The notes under the pieces are model-generated. The model was not told the DNA's origin and ran no database searches. It saw nothing but the letters and a program-made list of their open reading frames with translations. Made by a program: the position numbers and the translations under genes. From NCBI RefSeq assembly GCF_028641065.1, contig NW_026576105.1, forward strand, positions 124,001 to 188,000: a stretch of DNA of 64,000 nt. Reading direction: 5' to 3'. This DNA comes from Leucoraja erinacea. Lineage: Eukaryota. How positions within the stretch are numbered: the stretch's first letter is position 1; each line of letters opens with the position of its first letter. Positions 50,040 through 63,745 of this stretch are shown here, piece after piece.

Positions 50040-52918
50040 ATGCACGCGCCAGGAAATGCACCAATCTTTGCCGTTTACTACACTACTCTTGCGGCGTTTG
50101 GCTTGCCAGGTAAATCTTCCCAGTAAACGCATAGCGGAAACCGAAGTTAAACCGTGTTACATCCAGTTCAGGTCCCTCGTTAGAACGGTTAGAATGGCTA
50201 AGGGGATCAGGGAGTATGGAGAGAAGGCAGGTACGGGATACTGAGTTGGATGATCAGCCATGATCACATTGAATGACGGTGCAGGCTCGAATGGCCGAAT
50301 GGCCTACTCCTGCAACTTTTTTCTATGTTTCTATGTTTTTCTAAGTTTATTTATTGGCACGTACAGTTAAAAGCTTTGTTAATTTGAACGTTTATTTTCC
50401 TTGCACCTGCCTTACTTTGTAATCGACGCCCAGATTCCCCAATCTTTGCTCGCTTTGACATTTAATTTGCTACAATTTAGTGTCTCAATACGGAGAAGGC
50501 ATTCAATTATACTATTCAGTTTTCAGATTGACATTCGTTCGGTTCGTTCTGCAGGTGACAAATGCAGGCAATGCAATATGCACTTATTTGAGTGGCAAAA
50601 CATTGCCTATTCCATTCGCTTCATAGATGCTGCTGCACCCGCTGAGTTTCTCCAGCGTTTTTGTGTATCGCCATCGTATGCGGTCATCGTGCTTTAAACG
50701 AATGTTCTGTATCAGACTTCGCAAGTCCACGAAGGGAGGAAATGCAGATGCTGGTTTAAACCAAAGACTGGTACAAAAGGTTGGAGTATGTAAGCCGGTC
50801 AGGCAACATCTCTGGAGAAAGGGAATATGTGACTTTTCCGGTCGAGACCCTTCTTCACATGTTTAAAATAACAGTTTGTATTTGTTTTTGACAAAGCAGC
50901 TTCCATATGTTCCTTTTCCTGTATGGCGTTACAATGAAGCCGGTCCGCTTATTTACGGCCAGAATCCGATGAGGTCATTACAAACCAAACGGGATAATTC
51001 TCTCCGGCAAAGCCAACCTCTCCCCACATCGAAAGGAAAGTAGCTTAATCGGTATCAGTATTTGAGTTTACCGAGATGCAGTGAAACATTTACTGCTATT
51101 GATATATTATAGGTATATGTATATTATTGCCGTGTATGGAGATACAGTGGAATAATTTGTGATGCAATGATATGCAGGCAACTCATATCGTTCAAGTGTA
51201 CAATAAATAGTTAGTGCTCAGGAAAACAAAATAGCAGAGTGCAGAATATAGTGTTGCATAGACAGAGAAAGTGCAAATAGAAAAGTGTCAGGATGACAAT
51301 GGAGCCGCTTCAATGTTTCGGCGCTGTTTGTAAGATCCCGGAGGTTGCAGGTAGTGGAAGCAGGTAGACTGACAAAAACCTCCGGAAACCTCCGGGAACC
51401 GCAGGGAAACATTGGGTGGGGCGCAATGTCTCCAGATGTTTCTGTTCAGGTTTCCTAAGTGGGACAGGGGCATCGGTTTTAATCTTGTGCCTCGATAGGT
51501 CATGGCAAATGTAGGCAACTATTAGGTAGGTCTATTATCACCAGAGAATGTTATTCATGTTTGTCATTGGTCACCTGAGCCAGGTTCCACTGTTTGCTTT
51601 GGAATGTATGCATTTTCCTAATTTAATATTAATTACATGTTTTCTGCATTTCTTCCGTTCTAAACCATAAACATTTAAAACCAAATACTACTAAGTTAAG
51701 CTATGTGGCAACGTTTCCATTCGGTGTGGTCATTTTAACCGATAAACGGGTCAGGCAGTGTCTATGAAGGACGTGGAGGGGCGAATGTTTCGTGTCAGGA
51801 CTCTTCTTTCATCTGATTGTCGGGGGAAGAGGAAGCTGAAAAAGAGATGGGGGGGGGGGGGGGGGGGGGGGGGGCAAATAGCCTCGCGAGTATTATTTTT
51901 CAACCACAGCAAATTTCACCTGGACCGCATTTCGTTTCTACGTTCAGATAAAAACTGGGGACGCGGCCGGAATTATGATGAATAACTCCATCGTATTTTT
52001 GTTTGTTTCACAGCCAATATGGTGACGATCGTGATTCTCTCCCAGGGAAGATGCGGCCTTTCCAAATGCATAACTCGCTACCTGGTGTTCATGGCGGTGA
52101 CGGATCTCCTGGTCATTCTCGCAGCCGTGATATTGACCCGGCTGCGGCCAATTTATTTCCCGCTCAGTTTCTTGGCAACAAATCCCGCCTGCAGTGTCGT
52201 TATTGCAGTCAGCTGGGCTTGCAAAGGCACGTCCGTCTGGCTAACTGTCGCGTTCACCTTCGATCGGTTCATCGCCATTTGCTGCCAGCGACTGAAACAC
52301 GGTTATTGTACGGAGAAAACGGCGGCTGCAGTCATTGGAGTAATCTGTGCCCTTGTCTGTGTCAAAAACATACCGCTCTACTTTGTTTATGAGCCCGTGT
52401 ATATTATCGATAAGGTGCCCTGGTATTGCAGCATAAAAGAAATCTATTATACTTCAACTTCCTGGCGAGTTTATGACTGGTTGCATCGTATATTAAACCC
52501 ATGTCTCCCTTTCCTTCTGATTTTGTTACTTAACGCTGTGACAGTGAGACACATCTTGGCGGCCAGTGGAGCCCGCAAGAGGCTCCGGGCCCAGAGCAAT
52601 GGAGACAACCAGAGAGATCCAGAGATGGAGAGCAGGAGGAAGTCCATCATTTTACTCTTCGCCATCTCGGGTAGTTTCCTGTTGCTGCGCCTGACGTTCG
52701 TTGTCAACTTCCTGTTTGTGCAGTTTTCGAGCAACAACTATGCGAACAGTTCAAATTCCACTGACCCGAGGTTTATTCTTCAAGAAAGCGGATATATGCT
52801 AGAGCTTCTCAATTCCTGCACCAATTCGGGCATTTATGCGGGGACGCAGACCAAATTCAGAGAGCAGTTGAAAAATGCGGTCACATACCCCTTCAACTTG
52901 ATTAAGAAAATCAAGTAA
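50040..52918 (+). CDS. GPCR-4: GPR139-like receptor, 2 exons (50040-50109, 52014-52918), about 324 aa
   Basis: Exon 1 MHAPGNAPIFAVYYTTLAAFGLP-G|gtaaat, acceptor tttcacag|CC; TFDRFIAICC, DPEMESRRKSIILL, NSGIY; TATAAATA at 49974. Confidence 0.92.
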
Positions 52919-53108
52919 GTAGCAAGAAAATCAATGCCCGCCCCTACATCACATGGTAATTGTAAACGTAAAAAATAAAGAGTTTACTTCCTTGTAACCG
53001 TATGCAGGCTGTTCATTCATAGACACATAGAAAATACGTGCAGTCGGCCATTCAGCCCTTCGAGTCTGCACCACCATTCAATATGATCATGGCTGATCAT
53101 CCAACTCA

Positions 53109-55415
53109 TTATACAAGGTACTCCAAAAATTTAATATGGGAGAGAATTTTATCAGATGGATTAAACTACTTTATGACAGACCTACGGCAAGAATATTAAC
53201 TAACAATACACTATCTCCAAAATTTTACTTATCAAGGGGTAATAGGCAAGGGTGTGCCTTATCACCATTGCTATTTGCCCTTATGATAGAACCGTTGGCC
53301 GAAAGGATTAGAAATCACCCGAATATTCACGGATATAACAGCAAGGACTCAAAGAATAAAATTTCATTATACGCGGATGATATCCTTTTATATATTACTA
53401 ATACACAAACGAGTATACCCACCTTATTAACACTAATTGAGGAATTCGGCTCTTTTTCAGGATACAGAATAAATTGGAATAAAAGCGAAATTATGTCTTT
53501 AAAACCACAGGATTCGAGACACTTACTAAAATTCCCCTTCAAAATTGCAACAGAAAAATTTAAGTACCTGGGTATTCAAATTACGAGAAGACACAAATCA
53601 TTATTTAGTGCCAACTTTATACCACTATTAAATAAACTGAATGATACGATTAAATTTTGGAAAACGCTTCCACTCTCATTGATAGGCAGAATTAACGCTA
53701 TAAAAATGACTTTCCTACCACAATTAATATATTTGTTTCAAGCAATTCCAATATATATTCCAAAATATTTTTTCAAAAAATTAGATTCCACTATCACTAA
53801 TTTTATATGGGACTACAGAACACATATAATTCAACGAAAGCATTTGTGCAAATCCAAAGAAGTGGGGCGTTTATCATTACCTAACTTTATATATTACTAC
53901 TGGGCAGTGCATATTAAGAATATGATTTATTGGTTGGATAGTTCTACCCAACAGACAGAATGGATAAAAGTGGAGAAGGAGGATTGCCATCCTTGTAATA
54001 TAGGAACGATCCTCTTCTCCCCCCAAAACCTGAATAACACCATATATAAGAAGAACCCAATTATTCACAATATAATAAGAAATTTGGAAACAAATAAAAG
54101 CATCCTTGAAATTAAATAATTTATCAGTACTAACCCCACTACTGAACAACCCCGCATTCAAACCTTCTCTCATCGACATCACATATCAGCAATGGGATAG
54201 ACTGGGGATTAGGAAAGTAGGGGACATGTATGAAGTGGGCAAACTGTTATCATTTCAACAATTAAAATTTAAATTTAAATTGAAGGATAATCAATATTTT
54301 AAATATATACAGGTATGTGACTTTATGAAGAAACATACACATAGATTTCAAACTATATTTTTAGATCCTTTAGAAGAAGCAATGAATATTAAGGCTGATT
54401 CACAAAAATTAATATCATACTTTTATAATAATATATTAAATAGAGAATCACCCTCAACAGAAGCATTAAGGGAAGATTGGGAACAAGAGCTAATGACAAA
54501 GATCTCGAAGGATAGATGGGAAAAATATTTGATGAACACACATAACTGTTCTATTAATGCAAGACACAATTTAATCCAATTCAAATTATTACTAGACTAT
54601 ATTATTCAAAAATGAGGTTGAATAAATTTTATCCAAACGTCTCTCCCAGATGCGATAAATGTTTGTTTCAAAACGCTAATATAACACACTCATTTGTTGG
54701 ATGTACAAAGTTGAATAAATTTTGGAGTGATATATTTGATATATTTACAAAGATTTTCAAGTCAAGAATAGAACCCAAAACGGAATGGATTATATTTGGA
54801 ATAATAGGAGAAGCTACCAATTTAAATAAAGATCAAAATGTTTTTTTTAATTATGGGTTAATAATTGGAAAGAAATTGATACTTAAATTTTGGAAAAGTA
54901 CAACCACACCAACTGTTAAAATGTGGATTAGGAATATGATGGACATAGCACGCCTTGAAGAAATGAGACTCCGACTAATAGATAAATATGACCAATTCTT
55001 AAAGAGTTGGTCTCCTTTCATCGACTTTTTGGAATCATGTGATGCAGCGGTACCGTAAGGATTGCCGATTTCAGTTCATGACGTGGATAGATCTACATCT
55101 CCGAATACAGATTTGAAAAATTCTCTTTTTAGGGGCCTTCTCTTCTATTTCTACTCTCCTCTTTCTCTCTTCCTTTTTTTATTTTTTATATACACACTTC
55201 ACGTTTTTCTACTCTCTGCCATCTATTTTTCTACTTTTTCCCCTTTCTATTGCTTTCTTTTTCTTGATCTGCTTACTTTTTTCTTATAACATAAAACTAG
55301 AGGTTGTACATAGAATGGATTACGGTATTACATAGTTGGCACCTAAAATTAGGCGCCACTGTACTGTTTTGTGCTGTATTAACTTCTAATAAAATAAACA
55401 AAAAAAAAAAAAAAA
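53109..55415 (+). mobile_element. 5'-truncated L1-clade LINE (ORF2 RT to Cys/His domain, frameshifted), poly(A) tail, 10-bp TSD, nested in a CR1
   Basis: RGNRQGCALSPLLF, LYADD, FKYLG, CDKC...H...C; AATAAA plus A-tail; ATCCAACTCA at 53099-53108 and 55416-55425; host CR1 53018-53108 plus 55416-55628. Confidence 0.92.
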
Positions 55416-57599
55416 ATCCAACTCAGTATCCTCTACCTGCCTTCTCCCCATACCCCCTGATCCCTTTAGCCACAACTCCCTCTAAAATATAGCCAATGAA
55501 CCTCAACTACCTACTGTGGCAGAGAATTCCTGAGATTCAACACTCCCTGTGTGAAAAATATTTTTCTCATCTCGGTCCTAAAAGATTTCCCTCTTATCCT
55601 TAAACTGTGACCCCTTGTTCTGGACTTCGTATATGATTGTCCGCTTTAGGTTAATGTGTGCTATCTGCAGTAAGCCTAATGATGATATAGCCGTGTGGCA
55701 ATAATGCCGGGTACGAAATAAGCGTTAGACGCTGACAGTACACAATTCCAAAATAGAGTCGTCCTCGATTTCAGATTTGCCTGTGTGTTATTTGAGTATT
55801 ATTCGTAAGAACCCATCTGTTGTCCATTGATAAGTTCCCTGAATTGACAGGTTCACTGACTCAGGGGGAAACTAAAGTTCCGCCGAATTGCTCGCGTTTG
55901 AGTTGCGTATTAAGATAAACGTAGCAAGCCAGTAGGTTTCCCCGTTGGGAACTTTATTCGTCCAGGCTATGCTGGCATGGATCCGATGAACAGCATAGAG
56001 CCAACGCTGAACATTGACATCCGCGCCACCGCAAAGGCTCGCGTCAGGCAGAAACCCAGCATTAAATATAAGGCATTGACAATTTGGTTTGTAGAACGGG
56101 CTGGATGCATTCCATATCCTCTTCACCAGCGTGACTGGGTTATGCAGATTTATGCTCGGCGACACTAAAATGTTTAACAGCCTCTTTATAAAATAATGTC
56201 CAACGGTGTTGTGAAATAATGAACATCAAAGTAACTAATTTTCATCACGTCGCCCTGTTGACAAGTGTACGGTGTTAATACCGAAAATATTTGTAAATAC
56301 GGTACACTGTCACAACGTTGATAGAATCGTATATCCAAAAATAAAATGAACTCAGACTGAAACTCAATGATAAACGCGACCGAGACTCGAATCCTGGGCA
56401 GGTAGCGGTATCAATGCAGGTGTCCTAACCTCCCCTGCCCCTCAATCTCCGTCGGCATGGCAAAAAGGACTGGAAACTGATTTGGTCCGAGGGACTTTAA
56501 AAACCTAAACAACCTCGAGGCGAAATGGGTAATACGACAATTAATTCCCGGCACAACGGTTAATTTTGTATTTAGCTGCGAAATTAGGTAAATAACTAAT
56601 TATATACTTTAATTTCAGGCCATCCAAGTAAGATGTATCATATTTGTTTTCGAATGCTTCAGTCTATCATAACTGAACATTTCAATCATTTCTCTTAATT
56701 TTTAAGAAAGTGATTGGCTTTTATGTCAATTGACTGTCCTCGATCACAGATTCTGTGTTAAGTCAATGGAAAAGCAATAGGGAACAAGATGCTAATTTCC
56801 TAGTATGAAAGTGACCTCGACTTTGTTAATACTGGAGATATGAAAGTGGATTGGGTATCAAATTAAAGTGATTTTTAAGCTTTATCTGATGGGATAAATT
56901 ATAGGCTTGAGGTTTGAGAACTGAAAATGGTGTAACATCCTACAAATAGTCATTCGCCATCACTCAGTAAAATAGTCGTAATCCTCCTCTTTGTTTCTCT
57001 TTGTTTCCCCTCTGCACATAACTACATTGTAGGTGTAATTACGCCTAAGTCAGGATATTATAGTGATGTCTAACAATTTTAATATTTTAGTTTTTATTTG
57101 GCTGTATGTTTGTAGGTGGGATTTGATACGTTGTAGGAGTGTGTCTATTTCTAGAAGAGACTAGTGCAATGAGTATTGATTATGAGTCAGTTGGGTCTCG
57201 GAAGGATGGTGAGAATACAGTTGTTTTACCACACACACATGACATGCTCACGACACGTACAGGTGGATGAGACGACATATTTTTATAGGAAGAAATTTCA
57301 TATGATTTATGTGACATGAATGGAACAGCGATTAAGAACGGGAAGTGACGGATTATTTATTTGCTATGTACTACTTCAATAAAAGTCTAATTAATCAAGA
57401 AACAACGTTTGGAAGATTCGTTTTTACTATCTTAAGTGTGTCGTGAGTGCGTAAAGTATACCTCCCAACTATTGCCGAGGAGTAATGGCTATCGAAGTTT
57501 GAGAATGTCGTAAAACTGCCATTATATGCATTATTGTCGATCTCATGTGTTTACTCTTGCACAATAATATCCCGCGAGTAGCATGGTTAAAACATTTCG

Positions 57600-58075
57600 T
57601 AGGCGCAAATGCATCAGAGCCACACCACCCGGTATAATCACTTCGGCCCAGTTAGCCCAAGTCGATAAAGATACCCCTTGTAAGATAGTCACATTTGCCT
57701 GTTTTCCCCCGTATCCTTCCCTGTGCACCCCATTGTCCAAATCCGTTTGAAATTTTGTAGTCGTTGCCTCCACGACCTCCTCCCCTGGCAGGTCGGTCCA
57801 TAAGCCCACCACAATCTGGATGCAAAAATGCCGCTCAACTTCCTACTAAACCTCACCCTAAAACTATCCCTCCTTGTTTTGATTCCCCTACCCCGTGAAG
57901 CTTTGTCGATTCTCCCTGTCCCTTCCACTCGTGATTTTGTACATCACTTTTGGATCAACATTCAGCCGCCTGCACTGCATCGTGTAAAGTCGCAGTCTCC
58001 CCAATCTCTCCCTGTCCCTCATGCCCTCGAGTCCTTGCAACATCCTCGTAAATCTATTCCACTCTCTTTCCATTG
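57600..58075 (-). mobile_element. Old CR1 3' fragment
   Basis: RFTRMLQGLEGMRDRERLGRLRLY. Confidence 0.7.
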
Positions 58076-58554
58076 GGACATATTCAAGCTGCTCTTTCCC
58101 CTGTACTACACTGGTAATATTCTCAAATCAAAAATATAATTTTTTCTCTGCAGAGATGCTGCATGTCCTGGTGAGGTACTCCGGCATTTTGTTTCTACCT
58201 TCGATTTAAACCAGCATCTGCAGTTCCTTCCTACACATCAAATCATTTTAAAGGAAGCCTGAATTTTACGGATGTGTGCAATGTTTTCCAAACGCTGCGC
58301 GGATAGATATTCAACAAAGCTCTCTGACGTTTCTCCTGGGATCGTAGATCATGCTATTTACATTTCCGTTCCTTTTATTTGAATGATTGAATCGATCAAT
58401 CGACCAATCAATCGACGATCGATCACTCAATCAATACTTTGTTGTCATGTGACAAGTCACTGTGAAAAGGTATGCAATAGTCGCCACGTAAAGAGACGCC
58501 GACAAAGTTACATCTACGCCAGGTCCTCTTTTGTTCTCCTACAACCCCCCCCCC

Positions 58555-58557
<3 letters not shown>

Positions 58558-58587
<30 letters not shown>

Positions 58588-58590
58588 ACA
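58558..58590. repeat. (CA)n microsatellite flanked by poly-C runs
   Basis: Direct reading. Confidence 0.9.
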
Positions 58591-59629
58591 CGCCGGGTCC
58601 TTCAATGTTCTCCCCCCTCCCCCCCCCCCCCCCCGCTTCACGGCGGTCCTGCCACGCCGGTCCTCCTTCGTCATCCCCCAAGCAACATCGTCCACATTCC
58701 CACGTGGTCCATCCTCGTGCACAGGCCGGCGCCCTCGTCGAACGTCGCACCGACCTCTCGACTGTTGCTACTGGGTCTCCTCCTGACGCCTCCGTGGCGC
58801 CGACCCAGGCCCCAGCCGCGGGTTCCGTCGACCCAGGGACCGGCCGCGTGTTCTGCCGACCCAGGCGGAGCAGGTCAGATTATTATTATAATGAACGATT
58901 TCATCACTTACAATGTTATGTCAAACGTGTGGTTACATGTCTCCAGTCCCATGCCCAGCCCTGTGGGCTACGACTCGACGTATGTTATGTTGTACACTTC
59001 CAGTGTAAGTTGCACATTAAATTATGACTTGGAGGAAATTTATCAGGTTTGAATGCTGAGGTAAATGCGAACGGGTCGATCTCACTTTCTGCAGTAGTAG
59101 ACGTTGACAGAGTGCATATTACACTGGGTAATGTCTCACACAATACATATTGCTCACGCACTCTACACAATCATTTTTCGCGTTATAAAGCGAATAACCA
59201 CAGATTCAGAAAATAACAAATTCAAATAGAAAATCAGATATAACCAGCAGGTTAATTTATGACTATTACAAGCAGAGCATGAATTCCTTCAACGGTCTGG
59301 GCATTGAGTGTAAAAAAATTGCAAGTCACGTCTGAAGAAGGGTCTCGAAACATCACCCATTCCTTCTCTCCAGAGTTGCTGCTTGTGCCGCTTGTTGTGT
59401 CTATGTTGGGGTATTGCGTGCAGGCCGCCCCATTTCAGGAAAGAGAGGGAGGCTTAAGAGTGGGTGCGGTGAGGTTTGCCAGAATGGACTAGAGGGTTTT
59501 AGCTACAAGAGTAGATTGGACCAATTTGGATTGGCATCTCTTGAACATCGGTGGCTCGGGAGAGACCTGATAGGAGTAGAAAGGGCTGACAGTCAGAACC
59601 TTTTTCCCCGGGTGTAAATGTTAAAGGCT

Positions 59630-61440
59630 ATCAATCAATCAACCTTTATTGTCATCTTGCAAGCAACAAGTACAGTGCAAAATGAAAAGACGTTTCCCAG
59701 TGAATAGCGGAGCCTCGCACATGAAATTTAAAACACTTCTCACATAATAACACTAAAAAAAACAATCCAGTCCCTGATGGAACAGAATAAATAGTTAAAA
59801 TCAGGTAAAAAACACAATGTTAAAAACAGTAAACCAATCATAAAAAAATGTCCGGGGCCGCTGATTTGAGTGGCCAGTGCCAGTTATTAAAGTGTCCGTG
59901 CCAGCCGCAGAGTCAAGTCAAGTGACTGTGAGTGCAGAGTGACTGTTTAGCAGCCTCACAGCCTGTGGTAGGAAGCTGTTTAGCAGCCTCGTAGTCCGGG
60001 CTTTGATGCTTCGATATCTCTTGCCTGATGGCAAGAGATCCAGGTGTGTGTGGAGGGGGTGCAGTTTGTCCTTGGCAATTCTCTGTGCTTTCTTCAGACA
60101 GCGGCTCTGGAACAGTTCTTGTACCGAGGGTAGGGAGACGCCAATAATCCTCTCTGCTCCCCTCACTACCCTCTGCAGAGCCTTCCTGTCCGAGCAGTTG
60201 CAGGTGCAGTACCACGTATTGATGCAGTACGTGAGTACAGACTCCACCGTGCCCCTGTAGAAAGTCCTGAGGATGTTGGTGGGGAGTGAGGCCTGTTTTA
60301 GTTTCCTCAGGAAGTGCAGTCGCTGATGGGCCCGTTTGACGGTCCCAGTGGTGTTCCTGGACCAGGTGAGGTTGTCCGTTATCTGCACACCGAGGAACTT
60401 TTATGCTCTCCACTCTCTCCACTGCAGTGCCACTAATGTTGAGCGGTGTATGCTCTGGCTGCGCCGTCCTGAAGTCGACAACCATCTCCTTAGTTTTTTC
60501 GACATTCAATTCCAGGTTATTTTTGCCGCACCAGTCCACCAGTTGTTCTACTTCCTCCCTGTACCTTGTTTCGTCATCTCCACTGATGAGTCCCACCACT
60601 GTAGTGTCGTCCGCGAACTTTATGATTTTATTGTCCCTGAATCTGGCAGCACAGTCATGTGTGAGCAGTGTGAACAACAGCGGGCTGAGCACACAGCCTT
60701 GAGGGGAGCCGGTGCTCAGCGTGATCGAGCCTGAAGTGTTCTTGCCAACACGGACTGACTGCGGTCTCTCTGTGAGAAAGTCCAAGATCCAGTGACACAG
60801 GGTGGTGTTGAGGCCCAGCAGGGTTAGTTTCTCCACAAGTCTCTGTGGGAAGATGGTATTAAACGCTGAGCTAAAGTCAATGTACAGGATTCTGGCGTAT
60901 GTGTTCTTGTGTTCCAGATGCGCGATTACTGTGTGCAGCGTGGTGGAGATGGCATCCTCTGTAGAGCGGTTGGGGCGATAGGCAAACTGTAGGGGATCTA
61001 ACGATGAGGGGAGGCTGGCAGTAATGTGGGGTTTCACCAGGCGTTCAAAACACTTCATTATTATTGGGGTCAAGGCGACAGGGCGGTAGTCATTTAGGCA
61101 GGCAACCACTGGTTTCTTCGCTATGGGGATTATCGTGGAAGTTTTGAGGCATGTGGGGACAATGGCCTGACTAAGGGAGATGTTGAAGATGTCTGTTAGC
61201 ACATCTGCTAACTCCTCAGCACATTCCTTTAGCACACGTCCTGGGATGTTGTCGGGTCCGACTGCTTTCCACGGGTTGACCTTAGACAGGATTCTCCGTG
61301 TGTCCATTGTGTCTATGGTCAGGACTGGCTGGTCGGTTTGTAGGCAGGGGCTGGCTCTCCTCTTGGGTGTGGTGTTTGCTGCATCAAAACGAGCAAAGAA
61401 GTTGTTTAATTTATCTGGGAGAGAAGTGTCCGTGTGCAGC
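59630..61440 (-). mobile_element. Rex1/Babar-type LINE (RT nearly intact, one frameshift), nested in an older CR1
   Basis: [48 protein letters not shown]; (TTGA)n tail; CR1 sequence on both sides (59400-59630, 61441-61606). Confidence 0.92.
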
Positions 61441-61606
61441 ACAGCTTGAGGATGGGAGGGGCAATATTTATCAGAGATGGGGGGTTTTAACACAGAGGAC
61501 GGCGGGTGCCTGGAACGCGTTGCTAAGGGGCTGTTGGAGGCAAATCGGATAGTGACGTACAAGATGGTTGCAAATAGACACGTGGATATGCAAGGAAATG
61601 GATATG

Positions 61607-62138
61607 GTCTCCAAATCTGAGGAAGGACATTATTGCCATAGAGGGCGTGCAGAGAAGGTTCACCAGACTGATTCCTGGGATTTCAGGACTTTCTTATGAA
61701 GAAAGACTGGATAGACTCGGCTTGTACTCGCTAAAATTTAGGAGATTGAGGGGGGATCTTATAGAAAGTTACAACATTCTTAAGGGATTGGACAGGCTAG
61801 ATGCAGGAAGATTGTTCCCGATGTTGGGGAAGTCCAGGACAAGGGGTCACAGCTTAAGGATAGAGGGGGAATCCTTTAGAACCGAGATGAGAAAAACATT
61901 TTTCACACAGAGAGTGGTGAATCTCTGGAACTCTCTGCCACAGAAGGTAGTTTATCGGCTATATTTAAGAAGGAGTTAGATGTGGCCCTTGTGGCTAGAG
62001 GGATCAGGGGATGTGGGGAGAAGGCAGGTACGGGATACTGAGTCGGATGATCAGCCATGATCATATTGAATGGCGGTGTAGGCTCGAACTACCGAATAGC
62101 ATACTCCTGCACCTATTTTCTATGTTTCTATGTTTCTA
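61607..62138 (+). mobile_element. Young CR1/HER1 3' fragment
   Basis: [28 protein letters not shown]; (tttctatg)n tail. Confidence 0.9.
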
Positions 62139-62425
62139 GGAAAGTAGGGATATGAATCACACGGAGAGAGAGGATATGACTTTAACTTGGCATCTGAATA
62201 CCCTCGTAACACCATGAACAGGAAAGAAACTTCGAATTGTATATACTTTTATTTCAGATGTTTAGACCCGGAGATGTAAACTTGCATTGGTGTGCCCGCG
62301 AGGGCGAGTTACATAGCATACATCAGCAGCTCACATTAACAGTAAGGACGGAAAATAGAATACAACTCTCAAGCTCCGTTTCACTGACAATCCGCATTGT
62401 TGTTGTAGAGAAAAATGTGTTCAGT

Positions 62426-63333
62426 CTATTTGAACCGCTTGCGAATTAGATAGAACGGATACTTAACCACTTCCTGCAGCTGCTCTCTAAACTTAGTCTG
62501 TGTCCCCCCGTAAATGCACGAGTTGGTGCAAGAACTTAGTATCTCCAGCATGTATCCACTTTCTTGGAGAATAAACCTGGGGTCGTTGGAATTGGAACGG
62601 GTTGCATAACCGCTGCTTGTAATTTGCACAAAGAGGAAGTTTGCGACGTAGGTCAATCGCAACAGCATAAAACTGCCCGAGATCGCCATGAGTAGAATGA
62701 TCGACTTCCGCCGACTCTCCATTTCCGGGTCACTTTGTTTTCCACCGTTGGTCTGGGCCCGGAGCCTCTTGCGGGCTGCACTGGCAGCTAGAATGTGTCT
62801 GACCGTCACAACATTGAGCAACAGAATTAGTAGGAACGGGAGGCATGGGTTCAAAACGCGGTGTAGACAATCGTACACTATCCATGCAATTGAAGTGTAG
62901 TATGAATCTTTTATGGTGCAAAACCAGGGTATATTATCAATTATGTAGACTGGCTCATATATAAAATAAAATGGGGCGTTCTTCAAACAGCCTAACGCGC
63001 AGACCGTTGCAATAACACCCGCCGCGATTTTCTCAGTGCAATATATTAGTTTCAGTTTCTGACAGCAAATGGCGATGAACCGATCGAACGTGAAAGCGAC
63101 CGTCAACCAGACGGAAGCATCTTTTGAAATCCAGCTGAGGACAATAAGGACCTTGCAGGTCGGAATGGTAGACAGGACTGTGTTCGGGAAATAAATAGCC
63201 CGAAGCCGGCTTAGGATCACGGCGGTGATGATGACCAGGAAGTCCATCACCGCCATGGATACCAGGTAGCGAGTGATACAGTTGGAGAGGCCGCATCTTC
63301 CTCTGGATAGAATCGCAATCGTCACCAAATTCG
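62426..63333 (-). CDS. GPCR-5: GPR139-like receptor exon 2 (exon 1 beyond the window end)
   Basis: Acceptor ttctgcag|CG AAT TTG; open 7TM frame with TFDRFIAICC, DPEMESRRKSIILL, NSCIY; closest to GPCR-4. Confidence 0.9.
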
Positions 63334-63364
63334 CTGCAGAACAGAGGGAGAGACCGGGATATTA

Positions 63365-63745
63365 ATATACCATATAACATATAACATGTAACATATAACA
63401 ATTACAGCACGGAAACAGGCCATCTCGTCCCTTCTAGCCCGTCCCGAACACTTATTTTGCCCTAGTCCCATCTACCTGCACTCAGACCATAACCCTCCAT
63501 TCCTTTACCGTCCATATACCTATCCAATTAATTTGTAAATGATAAAATCGAAACTGCCTCCACCACTTCCACTGGAAGCTCATTCCTCACAGCTACCACT
63601 CTCTGAGTAAAGAGGTTCCCCCTCATGTCACCCCTTAAACTTCTATCCCTTATTTCTCAAGTCATGTCCTCTTGTTTGAATCTTCCCTACTCTCAATGGG
63701 AAAAGCTTATCCACGTCAACTTTGTCTATCCTTCTCATCATGTTA
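63365..63745 (-). mobile_element. CR1 3' end in the GPCR-5 intron
   Basis: Reverse complement of the 36053/44480 family. Confidence 0.85.

Noticed and set aside
58383-59052. 214-aa and 173-aa ORFs
   Set aside because: Driven by (CA)n and poly-C repeats; no domain evidence
59080-59110. VYYC motif on the minus strand as a fifth V segment
   Set aside because: No upstream Cys/WY framework, an immediate stop, and no RSS
36053-63745. Shared ancestral CR1 insertion in the GPCR-3 and GPCR-5 introns
   Set aside because: Different distances from the acceptor and different flanks; a near-identical copy is also intergenic, so the insertions are likely independent
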